A stretch of DNA of 59,917 nucleotides, filler included, from 3 parts of 3 records of this genome joined end to end with filler, not necessarily neighbours in it; one strand, 5' to 3'. Positions 23,865-34,254 are shown, counted from the first letter of the whole stretch. Notes: a model not told the origin generated them from the sequence alone. Numbers and translations are program-made.

Positions 23865-25406
23865 ATGTTGCCTCTGCCCACTTTTAGCTTGGGTGGGAAG
23901 AAGTCCACTGCAGAAAACCCCCCACAGACCAATGGGACGCGGCTGGCGTTCTGGAGGTAGGCACTGCTGTGAAGTGATATCAGGCTCAAAACGGTGACTG
24001 ACCGGCACCCAAGGTATTTCTTTGCCCCGGCACACACTAGGAACGTGGACTTTGAGTCACACTACAAGTCCGCAACGGAACAGACCAAACTGAACCTCAC
24101 AACGCTATCGCAGGCACGAAAGCATATGATGGAAACAATGAAAGAGGCGGTGACGTACCCGATGGACTTGAAAACCATCGATGCACTGGACAAGTACGCG
24201 TCATATCTGTTTCCTTTCGTCCAGACACTACACAGCGAGGGCCATCAGCCCCCCAAGCAGCCCACCTTTACGTGGAGCGGGTGCTTATGCAACAAGGCGG
24301 CGATGCCCTTCTATGACGTGAAGCAGTACCAGTTCGAGGCGGTCATGGTTCTGATGGTGCGTCTCACAAGGGTCCATGAAAGAAAAGTCACTAACCGCAC
24401 CACAGAATATGGCGTATCTCCGTGCCAATGCGGCGGCAGACTTGCTTGAGACCACAAAGTCGGACGAGGTTCCGGATGACGTTGCAAAGGACGCAGCCAA
24501 ATATATGCAGGCTGCCGCGGGAATATTCGAGTTCATCACGAACTGTGGTATGTGCGCGGGGATCAAGGGATTGCGGTAGTACCAGGGGCGACGCTGATGC
24601 TATTGGCAGAGTGGTGCACGGTGCCGAATCCCCCAAACTCCCGGCCGAGTGAGATCTTCACTCCGGTGGCTAGGTGTATGATGAAGTATGAGCTGGAATG
24701 ATCTGATTTTGGTGGAGGTTGTGGGCTTACTGAGGTGTGTAGTGTGAGCCTAGCCGAGGCACAACAGTGCGGCATCAGGGTGGCCGCATCGAACGGGACG
24801 AGCGCAGGGCTAATTGCCAAGCTCTGTGTCAACGTTAGCATGAAGTACGAGATGGCACTGACGGCGCTGAAGGATCTGCCTTCGTCGGATATGGATGGCG
24901 TGGCAGAAGCGCTGCGAAAATATATTGTGCTCAAGGCACAAATGTACAGGGCATTGACGTATAAGTACTTGGGGAAACACGCATGGGATAAGGATGAGTG
25001 AGTTTCCCAGGCACCACTGTACACAGCCCTTGTGTTGATTGGACGCTTGCAGGAAATATGGCTATGGTCTGTCGTGTATGACAGCGTCATTATCAACGCT
25101 GCAGCAGTCCGTGCAGGCGACCCCACTGTCGGGGCCATTGTCGCGGTTCGTGAAGGTACAGATATTCACTACACGCACATGCTTGTAGGGGGGGGCTGAC
25201 CGAGAAGTTTACAGGAGTTCGAGACCGAAATGAGGGAGGTGAATGATCTGTACAAACAGTACAAGCGCGACAACGAATGCATCTATGCCGAGAGACAGGT
25301 AGACCTCCTGTCCATTCAAATCCCCGAGTCCAAATCATCGGTCCGCCCCACGCCGTTTTCGCTGCCGCTCAAGGAAGGGTTCGCGTTCGAGCTTGCCAGG
25401 AAGTAA
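23865..25406 (+). CDS. Stand-alone BRO1-domain protein (BROX-like, ESCRT-associated); multiple introns
   Basis: The spliced translation has FTWS, FEAVMVL, AAKYMQAAAGIFEFI, LAEAQQC and YKRDNECIY, and ends FELARK*. Confidence 0.78.
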
Positions 25407-25456
25407 ACTACCACCACACCTCCCAAGATCCCGATGATGTGCCTGGGCCGACTGCA

Positions 25457-26620
25457 TCACTTGCGCGAATTCTGCTGGGACCACAGGCGAGACACCCTGC
25501 CTACCGCGACATACACCAGGGCGCTATACATCAGCACGGTGGCCACAACTGCAACAGCATCGGTATGGCTAGTTTTAGAAACCCTGCCTTGTGACACTCA
25601 CCTGCGGGGCCCACAATGGGGTGGGTGACGTCAAGCTGTGTGTCACGAGCCAAAAAGCTTGCGAAGAAGTTGTTGATGATGTGAAGACATATGCTTTCCC
25701 AGAGGGAGCCCCCAGAGAGGATACGCCGGAGGGAGTAGAGGAAGCCGATTTCCATCCCGAACACCACCTGAAGGGCAACATAGCCAATAGTCACCTCGCC
25801 CCCTTGCCTCGCATCAGAGCGCTGTCAACCCACACTGTGGCATGTGCATACCTATTATGTTCAGGAGGTGAATGAGGCCGAATACGCAGCTGGAGAGCAA
25901 GGATGCCACGATGGGGTGCTCCATCCGGTTGTAGCACACGTGGTACAATAGCCCGCGAAATATGACCTCCTCCTTAAGAGGAGAGAGGAGAAGAAAGTCC
26001 AGGATCGCATCGTAGTTCCAAGCGCGATCCGCATGGCTACCTCCCCATTAGTTCGAAAGATCAGCAGCAGCCACCCGCCCCCACCCACCTGTCGTCAGTC
26101 TTGACAAGGTAGTTGTCGAGTGAGTACAGCCATACGTTTGTAGATGACTGCCAGAAGAGCATGAGGGCAAACCCCGTGACCTGGAGCAACAGCATCAACA
26201 GCAGGAAGGATGATGGCGCCGGGCCAAACAGCCCCAGCCTCTCCACCATGCGGCCCTTCGAGATACGGTAATGGCGTGAGTAGACAACGACAAAGTAGGC
26301 CACGGTCACCACCACAAGCAACAGGTTGTGCCACAAGATGCCAGGGGGGGAAACAATGCTAATAAAGGCGCGCCCATATATAGACAGTAACATCAGCTCC
26401 AGGACGAGCAGCAAGGACTCGAGCCCCGCCAGCACCATGCCGCCTCCGTTATTCACCAAGTTCTTCATGGGTGCTGCGACAGGTCAGATTGGAAGATCGG
26501 CATGAAGAGAATATTACCCGAGCCATTCTTCAGAAACCATGTGGTGAGGCCAGTCTCGAAGTTATCGCGCACCAGAAGTGACCAGAGGTGTACGTTGTCC
26601 AAAGGATTCAGCGATGCCAT
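25457..26620 (-). CDS. CPBP/Abi (type II CAAX protease-like) intramembrane metalloprotease
   Basis: Spliced motifs PLKEEVIFRG, SSCVFGLIH and LWESICLHIINN, with several TM segments. Confidence 0.82.
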
Positions 26621-26739
26621 CAGGTAACCAGAACTGATACGTGGGTTCAGGTCCGCTGTGTATGCACGAAGGATTCTGCGCTTAATTAGTATTTGTAGGT
26701 GTATGGTTCCCGTTCCGCTTGGATGGCGTTGAAGCCGCC

Positions 26740-27340
26740 AACCGGGCTCGGGCATTGAGGCGGCCGAGCGGCCCGTGGCTGGCGGCTCAAACCGGGGGGG
26801 CGGGTCCCGCTGACGCGGCCCCGCCAGGCCGAGGCTGAGGCCCGTCACCCGGTTGCGGCCGGGCCGCGGCCGGCCGCGCCGGGGCGGCCGCCGGCCGGCC
26901 CGCAGTCCGGTCAGTCGCCGGGCCGGTGGTGACGGTGGACGGGAGGGCGGGCCGGATGTGGGGGCCGTTGCGGATCGGACTGGATGGTGAGTGAGGAGTG
27001 CCGCCGCCACCCGCGGGGCCGCCTCCCGGGCTCTGGGGGGCCCGCCGGGCCCTCGCGCCCGGGCCATGGCGGAGGCGGGCGCGCCGGGCGCCGGCCGGGC
27101 CGCGGCCGGGCCCGAAACCCGAGCCAGCGGTGGCGGCGGCCGGTCCCTCCACGCCCGCAGGCAGGAGGGCGGGGGTGTGTTCACAAGTGAGTGCCGGGCG
27201 CCGGGGCCGGGGGTCCGTCCCGTCCGTTCGACTGACGGGGCACTGCAGGTCGCGAGTGGGAGCGGAACCGGGGCCCGGCCGCCCCGCGTCGCGCCGGCCC
27301 TGACGGCCCCGGCCGGGCACGGCGCCGGGCGCGCCAGGTG
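26740..27340. promoter_or_regulatory. GC island between divergent genes
   Basis: Near-pure GC between starts at 26620 (-) and about 27438 (+). Confidence 0.5.
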
Positions 27341-27437
27341 GGGACCCTACAGCGTTGTACCACGTCGGAGGTATATATCACTGAAGAAGTCTATGCAAAG
27401 ACTGAGCCAGGCAGGGTCGGTGAGTGAAATTGCAGCG

Positions 27438-28610
27438 ATGGCGGAGGAGCTGCTGTTCGGTAGCAGAGAGGAGGGGGGACTGAGTGTGGAGGGCCGGGCG
27501 TGCTCACTCTTCGAGAACCCAGAACTAGCACTGCAGCTGCATCAAGAGAAACACCTCATCCCTTGTAACGGAGACGACGGCCTTCTGGTTGATAGATACG
27601 ACGTACTTGAACTTGCGTGCCGCAGGCTGTTGTGACTTGCTGACCGATTGTTCTGGCAGGTGCGGCTTCTTCTGGTGGATCGCAAGGAACTGGCAGAGGC
27701 CGAGCAGCGCCCTGCCACCACGCCTTCTGAAAGCCCGGAGCTTGAGCATGAACGCTACCGGGACCTTCCCACCGAGGAGGCGCCGGAGGAAGCAGGCCCA
27801 TCCCAGGAGGAGTCCACTGAAAGAAGGGTGGCCTCCACACCCGAGACAAGGGGGGCCGAAGAGGCCCCAAGCAAGGTGGAGATGGATGTCATCAAGTTGG
27901 TGGCGTGGTCCGTGGCCAATAGCACTGGAGAAGAGGTGGAGGAGCTGCGGCGGCGGTCGCGCCAGGCCGGATCAGGACTCAAGTTCATGGAGGTAAGGAT
28001 GCGTGAGTGCGTTGTCGGCCCTGCCTCAGTTGCGAGTGCAGAGCCCCCACGTCCACCATGGTTACTTTGTGGATCTTCTGGGACAGTATCGTGCATCCCC
28101 CGTGGCAGTGAAGAGGCCCGCGCCTGCCTGTGACACTCGGCAGAACAAGTGGAGGCGAACCGAGAGCGACTTCACGGAGCTGCTGGAGTGGTTGGTGAAG
28201 TGGGATGTGAGTGCACCAGGGTGTCCAATGCCTCCTTGCGTGTTCGCAGGCTGACACTGTGCCAGATTGAGTTTCCGTCAGTGCCACTGGGAATGGGGGA
28301 GGGCGAGATGGAGGCTGTTCGGAGGACTCTGTGGTTGTGTAAGGATCTAGGCAAGCCCGCCTTTGATGAGCACATCGACGCCTTAGCATCCCAATACCCC
28401 GTGCTGGCATTTGTGCAGGGTGGAGGCGGCACGCATATGGAACTGCACGCGTACTTCAAGGAGATGGAGAGGGCCATATGCGAGGCCACGGCTAAGGAGG
28501 AGAAGGGCCTTGCTCAGGAAGCGGGTGCTGGAGGCGAAGACAGTCACCTGCAGGCCGAGCGCCTGCGGCGCGCGCGTGCACTGTTGATGGCCAAGCAGGG
28601 TGCCGATTAA
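27438..28610 (+). CDS. SFSWAP-like splicing regulator (DRY_EERY plus SURP-like motifs); start may be 27393
   Basis: VEGRACSLF...HLIP...LVDRYD|VRLLL...EHERYRDL, SURP-like FMESPHVHHGYF and LAFVQ..LHAYF, and C-terminal QAERLRRARALL. Confidence 0.75.
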
Positions 28611-28654
28611 CTCATACCGGGCATTTTAAGGCAGGTTTACTGCATAGCAGCAGG

Positions 28655-30289
28655 CTAGATGATGTACGAAAGAGGGCCCGGGCGCTGAGCGCCGCAGAAC
28701 CATTCATGGTCGTGGCTCTCCATGTCGTGAAGGGGAGGGAGCAATGACATCCTATCGAGAGTAGCCCCCGCCCCAAAGAAATCATCCGAGCCCTTTTCAG
28801 GCGCGTCTAACTCAAACTCTACGGATGATCCAATCACCAGGAAGCCATCAAGTAACTTCACCTCGGGCTCTATCATCTTGATTCCATGAACGACCGGAAG
28901 ACGGGCCCCTTTGGTGAGGACCTTGTTGAGAGCGCCCAGCCCGAAGATTCCGGCGCCAAAATTGAGCATTGTCTCTAGTGTGCTACCGACACCATCGGGC
29001 AGGTCTCCCACTTCGCATCGCCCAGCCTTCACGTCGCTGAACTTGAGAGACCGCGCCTTGCCCGTGAGGAGAGCGCCGTCCACCGTAAACGCAATGCCGT
29101 CTACAAGGAGGCGCCCCAAAAAGTTGAACACGAACACCTTCTCCGTGCCTGGAGTCCCGTCCGCATTCTTGGGAATGACGTAAAAGGAAACATCTCCACT
29201 CATATGGGCATTGGCGCCTCCGGATGTGATTGTGACATCGGGCGATTTCGAGGCCTTCACCACAGCCACCATGGGCGTCTCGGGGTATTTTTCGCTCAGA
29301 GCGGGAATCAGTGTTTTGAACGAGTCCGAATTCAGACGGTATGGACTGGTACTCGGGATCATGTCGTCGGTAATCTCATGCGCCATATCCCCGCAAACAT
29401 AGAACGCATTACCGACAGTGTCCATCATGTACTCATCTATTCCTATGATTATGTCCTTCTCTTCGCCCGCCAAGAACTCGGCTGGGAACTTGTGGTGATC
29501 ACCAGGTGATGGGCCCTCCTGTGAATCGCATGACAGGTCGCCCACATGGTACGAATCGATACGTTTGTCCACAATCGTTGGTTTGTCAGTGACCCTCAAG
29601 TCAATTGTTGTGGATGGGGTGACCCTCTCTACAACTGGCACACTCCTCAGCACCTTGTTTGCTTCTTCTTTCACCAGCGGGCCCAACTTCTCCCTAATGG
29701 TCTCCTCCGCCATATCTTTGATACGGTTACGGGCAAGCCATGTCATCATATTACCCAAATATCCCACGAACGACTTTGAGAACTTCACCGATATATCTTC
29801 AAACGTACACTCCACATCACGAATATCCTCCAGTTGTGGGTATCCATCTTTCGCCCCAAACTGCACTGGCATGCTCATAGTTGCACCGGACAAGCTCACT
29901 GTCGCGTTGCCCGTAGTCTCTGAGCTCTTAAAGAATAAGTAAGCACTGAAATCAAAGGTCACATTAACTCCAACATCCACGGCTTTAAGAACCATCCGCT
30001 CCTCCTTGGCGTCCAAGGATAGTGTAACGTCTTTCGGTTCCATTTTCAGCCCACTTGCCTTCATGTGGGAGATTTCATAGTGGAACCCGAGCTTGCTGCC
30101 ATTCACAGAAGGGGCGTAGTATGTTCCCGCACGGTCAACCACACGTGCAAGCACTGCGTCTTTCACTTTGGCCAGGCCTCTCTCATAGAGTGACACGCGG
30201 ATGGTGGCCGGCTCCTCCGCACCTGCGCCAATGGTTGCAAACAGTGCGATGGCAACGACCGCTACGACCGCTTTTCTACAACCAAGCAT
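28655..30289 (-). CDS. LBP/BPI/CETP (TULIP) lipid-binding protein, secreted; intronless
   Basis: Signal peptide, IRVSLYERGL N-terminal BPI1 start, and BPI2-like LNSDSFKTLIPALSEKYP...LNKVLTKGARLP...DGFLVIGS. Confidence 0.8.
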   Translation of the reverse strand: MLGCRKAVVAVVAIALFATIGAGAEEPATIRVSLYERGLAKVKDAVLARVVDRAGTYYAPSVNGSKLGFHYEISHMKASGLKMEPKDVTLSLDAKEERMVLKAVDVGVNVTFDFSAYLFFKSSETTGNATVSLSGATMSMPVQFGAKDGYPQLEDIRDVECTFEDISVKFSKSFVGYLGNMMTWLARNRIKDMAEETIREKLGPLVKEEANKVLRSVPVVERVTPSTTIDLRVTDKPTIVDKRIDSYHVGDLSCDSQEGPSPGDHHKFPAEFLAGEEKDIIIGIDEYMMDTVGNAFYVCGDMAHEITDDMIPSTSPYRLNSDSFKTLIPALSEKYPETPMVAVVKASKSPDVTITSGGANAHMSGDVSFYVIPKNADGTPGTEKVFVFNFLGRLLVDGIAFTVDGALLTGKARSLKFSDVKAGRCEVGDLPDGVGSTLETMLNFGAGIFGLGALNKVLTKGARLPVVHGIKMIEPEVKLLDGFLVIGSSVEFELDAPEKGSDDFFGAGATLDRMSLLPPLHDMESHDHEWFCGAQRPGPLSYII

Positions 30290-30743
30290 GCTGAGTGTCA
30301 CAATCTACTTCTTCTCCAAATGAAAATAAATATGCAGAGGAGCTGGAACTGAACGACAACCGACCGCACGACCCTGAGCTGAGTCGGGTGCGACTTGGAG
30401 GACATGCTGCGCTGTCGAGACTTGCAGGCTAAATTCGTTCAACCACTCCCCTGTGCCCGGGTGGTCGCCGGGGGCTGGCTGGTGTTCACTGCACGGACCG
30501 GGCGCCGCGGCGCGCACTCAAGCATCCGCGGCCGGGCCGGGCCGGGCCGGGCGGGCGGCGGGCCGGCGGCAGCGCCGCACTCCCCGGGTCCGCGCGGCGC
30601 GGGCAGGCCACCGGTCGGGGTTCCTGCGCGGCGGTTCCTCCGGCGGCGGATCAGTGCAAGCTTTCCCTCCAAAAATAGTTTTGATTCTAGAACATTTTTT
30701 AAGTTATAAAGTGTAAATGATTGCAGTTCATTCTTAAAAATCG

Positions 30744-30765
30744 GTGGGTGTAGTATAGTGGTTAG
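30744..30765 (+). tRNA. 5' fragment of a eukaryotic tRNA gene truncated by the contig end (His-like; identity unproven)
   Basis: GTGGGTG-TA-GTAT-AGTGGTTAG reads as acceptor strand, U8/A9 and D arm with an A-box. AT-rich leader with TTATAAA about 35 nt upstream. Confidence 0.65.
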
Positions 30766-30865
30766 NNNNNNNNNNNNNNNNNNNNNNNNNNNNNNNNNNN
30801 NNNNNNNNNTTAATTAATTAANNNNNNNNNNNNNNNNNNNNNNNNNNNNNNNNNNNNNNNNNNNN
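30766..30865. other. Artificial contig-joining spacer
   Basis: N44-TTAATTAATTAA-N44, a six-frame stop linker. Base composition changes abruptly across it. Confidence 0.97.
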
Positions 30866-31070
30866 TTAATTCTTCAATTTTACTAAAATCTTCCTGTTTG
30901 TTCTCTACTTGATTATCTTCACTAATATCATCAGCAATTACAATATATCCTCTTTGGGTATTCTCAATAGCAGGCCAATATAAAAGGTCAGCTATTGTTG
31001 CAGATAAATGAATAATAATTAATGCAACTAAGATAGATGCAAGTATCTTATTTATTTCAAAACCTTTCAT
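30866..31070 (-). CDS. cycM: Membrane-anchored cytochrome c, N-terminal part only (truncated by the gap)
   Basis: MKGFEINKILASIL...IADLLY..RGY is the alphaproteobacterial CycM anchor. The CxxCH motif would lie beyond the gap. Confidence 0.7.
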
Positions 31071-31193
31071 AAAATCAATTCATTAAAAATAACATATTAA
31101 TTATGTATTAAATAAAATTTATAAAAAAATTTATTGCAAACATAATTTTTATATGAGATATTAACTTTTTTTAAATAAACAAAAATTATCGTC

Positions 31194-32153
31194 ATGGAAG
31201 GACTTTTTTCACCAACAATAATTATATTCGTTATAGCAATTTTTCTGCTAATTAAAACAATTAATATAGTACCCCAGCAGGAAGCATGGATTATAGAACG
31301 TTTAGGTAAATTTGATAGAACCGTTCATGCAGGCCTAAATATTTTAATCCCATTCATTGAATCAGTAGCTTATAAGCATAGTTTTAAAGAAACAGCTTTA
31401 AATATTAAAGCTCAAACTGCAATATCTCAAGATAATGTATCTCTTACAATAGATGGAGTATTATATACAAAAATAATTGATCCAAAAGCAGCCTCATATG
31501 GAGTTCATGACCCATATTATGCTATTACAGAACTTGCTCAAACAGTTATGAGGTCTGAAATTGGTAAAATTCCATTAGATCAAACCTTTGAAGAAAGAGA
31601 AAGACTTAATATAGCAATAGTAAACTCAATTAATACTGCTTCTTCAAACTGGGGAATTCAATGTATGAGATATGAAATCAAAGACATACACCCACCTGCA
31701 ACAGTTTTAAAAGCAATGGAGCTTCAAGTGGCAGCTGAACGCAGAAAAAGAGCTGAAATACTTGAATCTGAAGGAAATAGACAATCAAAGATTAATTTAG
31801 CAGAAGCTCTCAAAGCTGAAATTGTCTTAAATTCTGAAGCTGCTAAAACTGATAAAATTAATAGAGCTGAAGGTGATGGTGAAGCAATTAAATTAGTTGC
31901 AAAAGCTACTGCTCAAGGTATAGAGCAAGTTGCTGATTCAATACTCAAAAAAGGAGGTGAAAATGCAGTATCACTTAAAGTAGCTGAACAGTATATTGAT
32001 GCGCTTAGTAACCTTGCTAAAAAAGGTAATACTTTAATAATACCTTCAAGCATAAATGACCCATCTAGCGTAATAGCTCAAGCAATGTCAATATATAAAT
32101 CTCTATCTAATAATACTATTAAAAAAGACAAAAAAGATAATGAGAGTAGCTAA
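31194..32153 (+). CDS. SPFH/band-7 stomatin-like protein (QmcA/SLP-2 type)
   Basis: IVPQQEAWIIERLGKF, LAQTVMRSEIGK, WGIQCMRYEIKDI and MELQVAAERRKRAEILESEG. Confidence 0.92.
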   Translation: MEGLFSPTIIIFVIAIFLLIKTINIVPQQEAWIIERLGKFDRTVHAGLNILIPFIESVAYKHSFKETALNIKAQTAISQDNVSLTIDGVLYTKIIDPKAASYGVHDPYYAITELAQTVMRSEIGKIPLDQTFEERERLNIAIVNSINTASSNWGIQCMRYEIKDIHPPATVLKAMELQVAAERRKRAEILESEGNRQSKINLAEALKAEIVLNSEAAKTDKINRAEGDGEAIKLVAKATAQGIEQVADSILKKGGENAVSLKVAEQYIDALSNLAKKGNTLIIPSSINDPSSVIAQAMSIYKSLSNNTIKKDKKDNESS

Positions 32154-32922
32154 TTGGAATGTAAATTCTGTAAAAGCAAGACTTAATCATGTAATTGATT
32201 TTTTAAAAGATGAATCTCCTGATATATTGCTTTTACAAGAACTAAAATGTGAAGAAATTTCTTTTCCTTATGAAGCTTTTGAACATTTAGGTTATAATAT
32301 ATATGTAAATGGTGAAAAAACCTATAATGGAGTAGCTATTTTTTCAAAATATATAGCTGATGAAAAATATTTGAATTTTGATTTAAATCCAATACCAGAA
32401 CAAGCAAGATTTATAGAATGTAAAATGCAAACTGAAATTGGTTATCTTAGCATAACTTCTTTATATGCACCTAATGGCGGAGAAGTTGACAGTATAAAAT
32501 ATATCAATAAGTTAAAATTTTATGATCAATATATTAATTATCTAACAAATAACTATAGCGACAAAGATCCTATAATTATTGGAGGCGATTTTAATATAGC
32601 TCCTTTTGATGATGACGTTTACGATAAAAATGTCATGAAGGATCAAACCTGTTTTACTGAACCAGAAAAAACTAAACTAAGAACTATTCTTAATAATAAT
32701 TATCTTGATTTATATAGATTGAATAACCCAAATTCTAAAGATTTTACTTGGTGGGATTACAGAGGAGGATCTTTTGAACAAAATAAAGGAATGAGAATAG
32801 ATTTTATTTTAGCAAATCCAGTAGCTGCAAATTTTAATAAAAATTTTATTATTGAATCTAAATATAGATCAAGAACAAAACCATCAGATCATGCTCCTAT
32901 AGTTGCAGATTTTAAAAAATAA
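32140..32922 (+). CDS. xth: Exodeoxyribonuclease III
   Basis: NWNVNS, LQELK, YNGVAI, GDFNIAP, FTWWDYR, GMRIDF and PSDHAP. Confidence 0.95.
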   Translation: MRVANWNVNSVKARLNHVIDFLKDESPDILLLQELKCEEISFPYEAFEHLGYNIYVNGEKTYNGVAIFSKYIADEKYLNFDLNPIPEQARFIECKMQTEIGYLSITSLYAPNGGEVDSIKYINKLKFYDQYINYLTNNYSDKDPIIIGGDFNIAPFDDDVYDKNVMKDQTCFTEPEKTKLRTILNNNYLDLYRLNNPNSKDFTWWDYRGGSFEQNKGMRIDFILANPVAANFNKNFIIESKYRSRTKPSDHAPIVADFKK

Positions 32923-33048
32923 TATTTTTAAATTACTTAATATTTCATATATAATTAAATTTTCATTATAATAATTATAACTATTAATAAATTCAAAATA
33001 ATATTAAATAAAAAAAATTATTTAAATTTCTCAATATTAATTGGGAAT

Positions 33049-34254
33049 ATGCTAGATCATTTTAACACAGCTCTTTATTTGTATTTAGCTCCTATTTTAT
33101 CTAGAGTTTTTTTTAATTTAAATGACCCAATTATAGAACTTGCCCTTGCTTACGGTATAACTGCTTTACCTATTTCTAGAATTTTAGGAACGTTAATTTT
33201 TGGTAAACTAACAGTTAAATTCATGCCAAGTAAGATACTCTTTATAACTCTTACAGGTGTATCGATTTCTACAATACTTATAGGACTAACTCCAGGATAT
33301 GCAAGTATTGGAATGTTAGCACCTATAATTTTAATTTTACTCAGAAAAATTCAAACTATTTTTTCATCTGGAGAAACTACAATAGCTAGTTATTTACTTA
33401 TGGAACTGAGTGATGATGATAAAAGAAATGTAAATAGTTCATACTTGCAAACTTCTACAATGATAGGAATTCTAATTGCATCAATTGTATCTAGCCTTGT
33501 ATATCAATCAAAATCTCCTGAATATTATTTTAGATATGCTTTTATATTTGGCTTTATAACATCTATTGCTGCAATAACTATAAGAATTATGTTTAGCAAA
33601 AAAAATTCTATTCATGAAAAACCATACTATAATACCAAAAAGCTTAAAGCTAATAATATAACTTATTTACAAATTATTAAAGAATATCCTAAAAACATCT
33701 TACAAATTGCTTTTATATACGGCTTTTCAATGATGACTTATACTATACCATTTGTATTAATTAATATTTTTGTACCATTAATTAGAGAAGACATTTCAAG
33801 TTCTGAACTACTAAAAAATAATAGTATATTTCTTATATATGATATTTTTATATTATATATAACAGCAAAATATGTTTCTAATAAAAATTATAAGTTTATT
33901 TTAGCTTCAATAATCTCTGTATTTATAATATTTTCTTATCCTGCATTTTATATTATCAAAAGTAAGAATATTTTTTATATTGAGTTAATTAGAATTATAA
34001 TAATTACCTTAGGAGCTGTTTTTTCATCAAGTTTAAACTCCATTATTTTTAATATTTGTAAAGGTAAAAATGGTTCTTATATGATTAATGCATCTGGAAT
34101 CATTTTAGGTAAATCATTACTTGGAAATTTAGCAAAACCCTTAATTTTAATGATATTTTACTATTCTAATAACCCAGCCTCTCCTGCTTACTATATGATA
34201 ATAATAAGTATTTTAGCTTTAGTAGGTTTATTAAGTAATTATAAAAAATTATAA
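33049..34254 (+). CDS. MFS transporter, ProP/MHS-like; true start probably upstream
   Basis: GNMLDHFN (TM1), RILGTLIFG, GLTPGYASIGMLAP and LRKIQ..SSGE, with about 12 TM segments. Confidence 0.85.
   Translation: MLDHFNTALYLYLAPILSRVFFNLNDPIIELALAYGITALPISRILGTLIFGKLTVKFMPSKILFITLTGVSISTILIGLTPGYASIGMLAPIILILLRKIQTIFSSGETTIASYLLMELSDDDKRNVNSSYLQTSTMIGILIASIVSSLVYQSKSPEYYFRYAFIFGFITSIAAITIRIMFSKKNSIHEKPYYNTKKLKANNITYLQIIKEYPKNILQIAFIYGFSMMTYTIPFVLINIFVPLIREDISSSELLKNNSIFLIYDIFILYITAKYVSNKNYKFILASIISVFIIFSYPAFYIIKSKNIFYIELIRIIIITLGAVFSSSLNSIIFNICKGKNGSYMINASGIILGKSLLGNLAKPLILMIFYYSNNPASPAYYMIIISILALVGLLSNYKKL

Noticed and set aside
23865..26620. BRO1 protein next to a CAAX protease as a substrate-enzyme pair
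   Set aside because: The predicted BRO1 protein ends ELARK with no CAAX box, and the protease is of the broad CPBP type.
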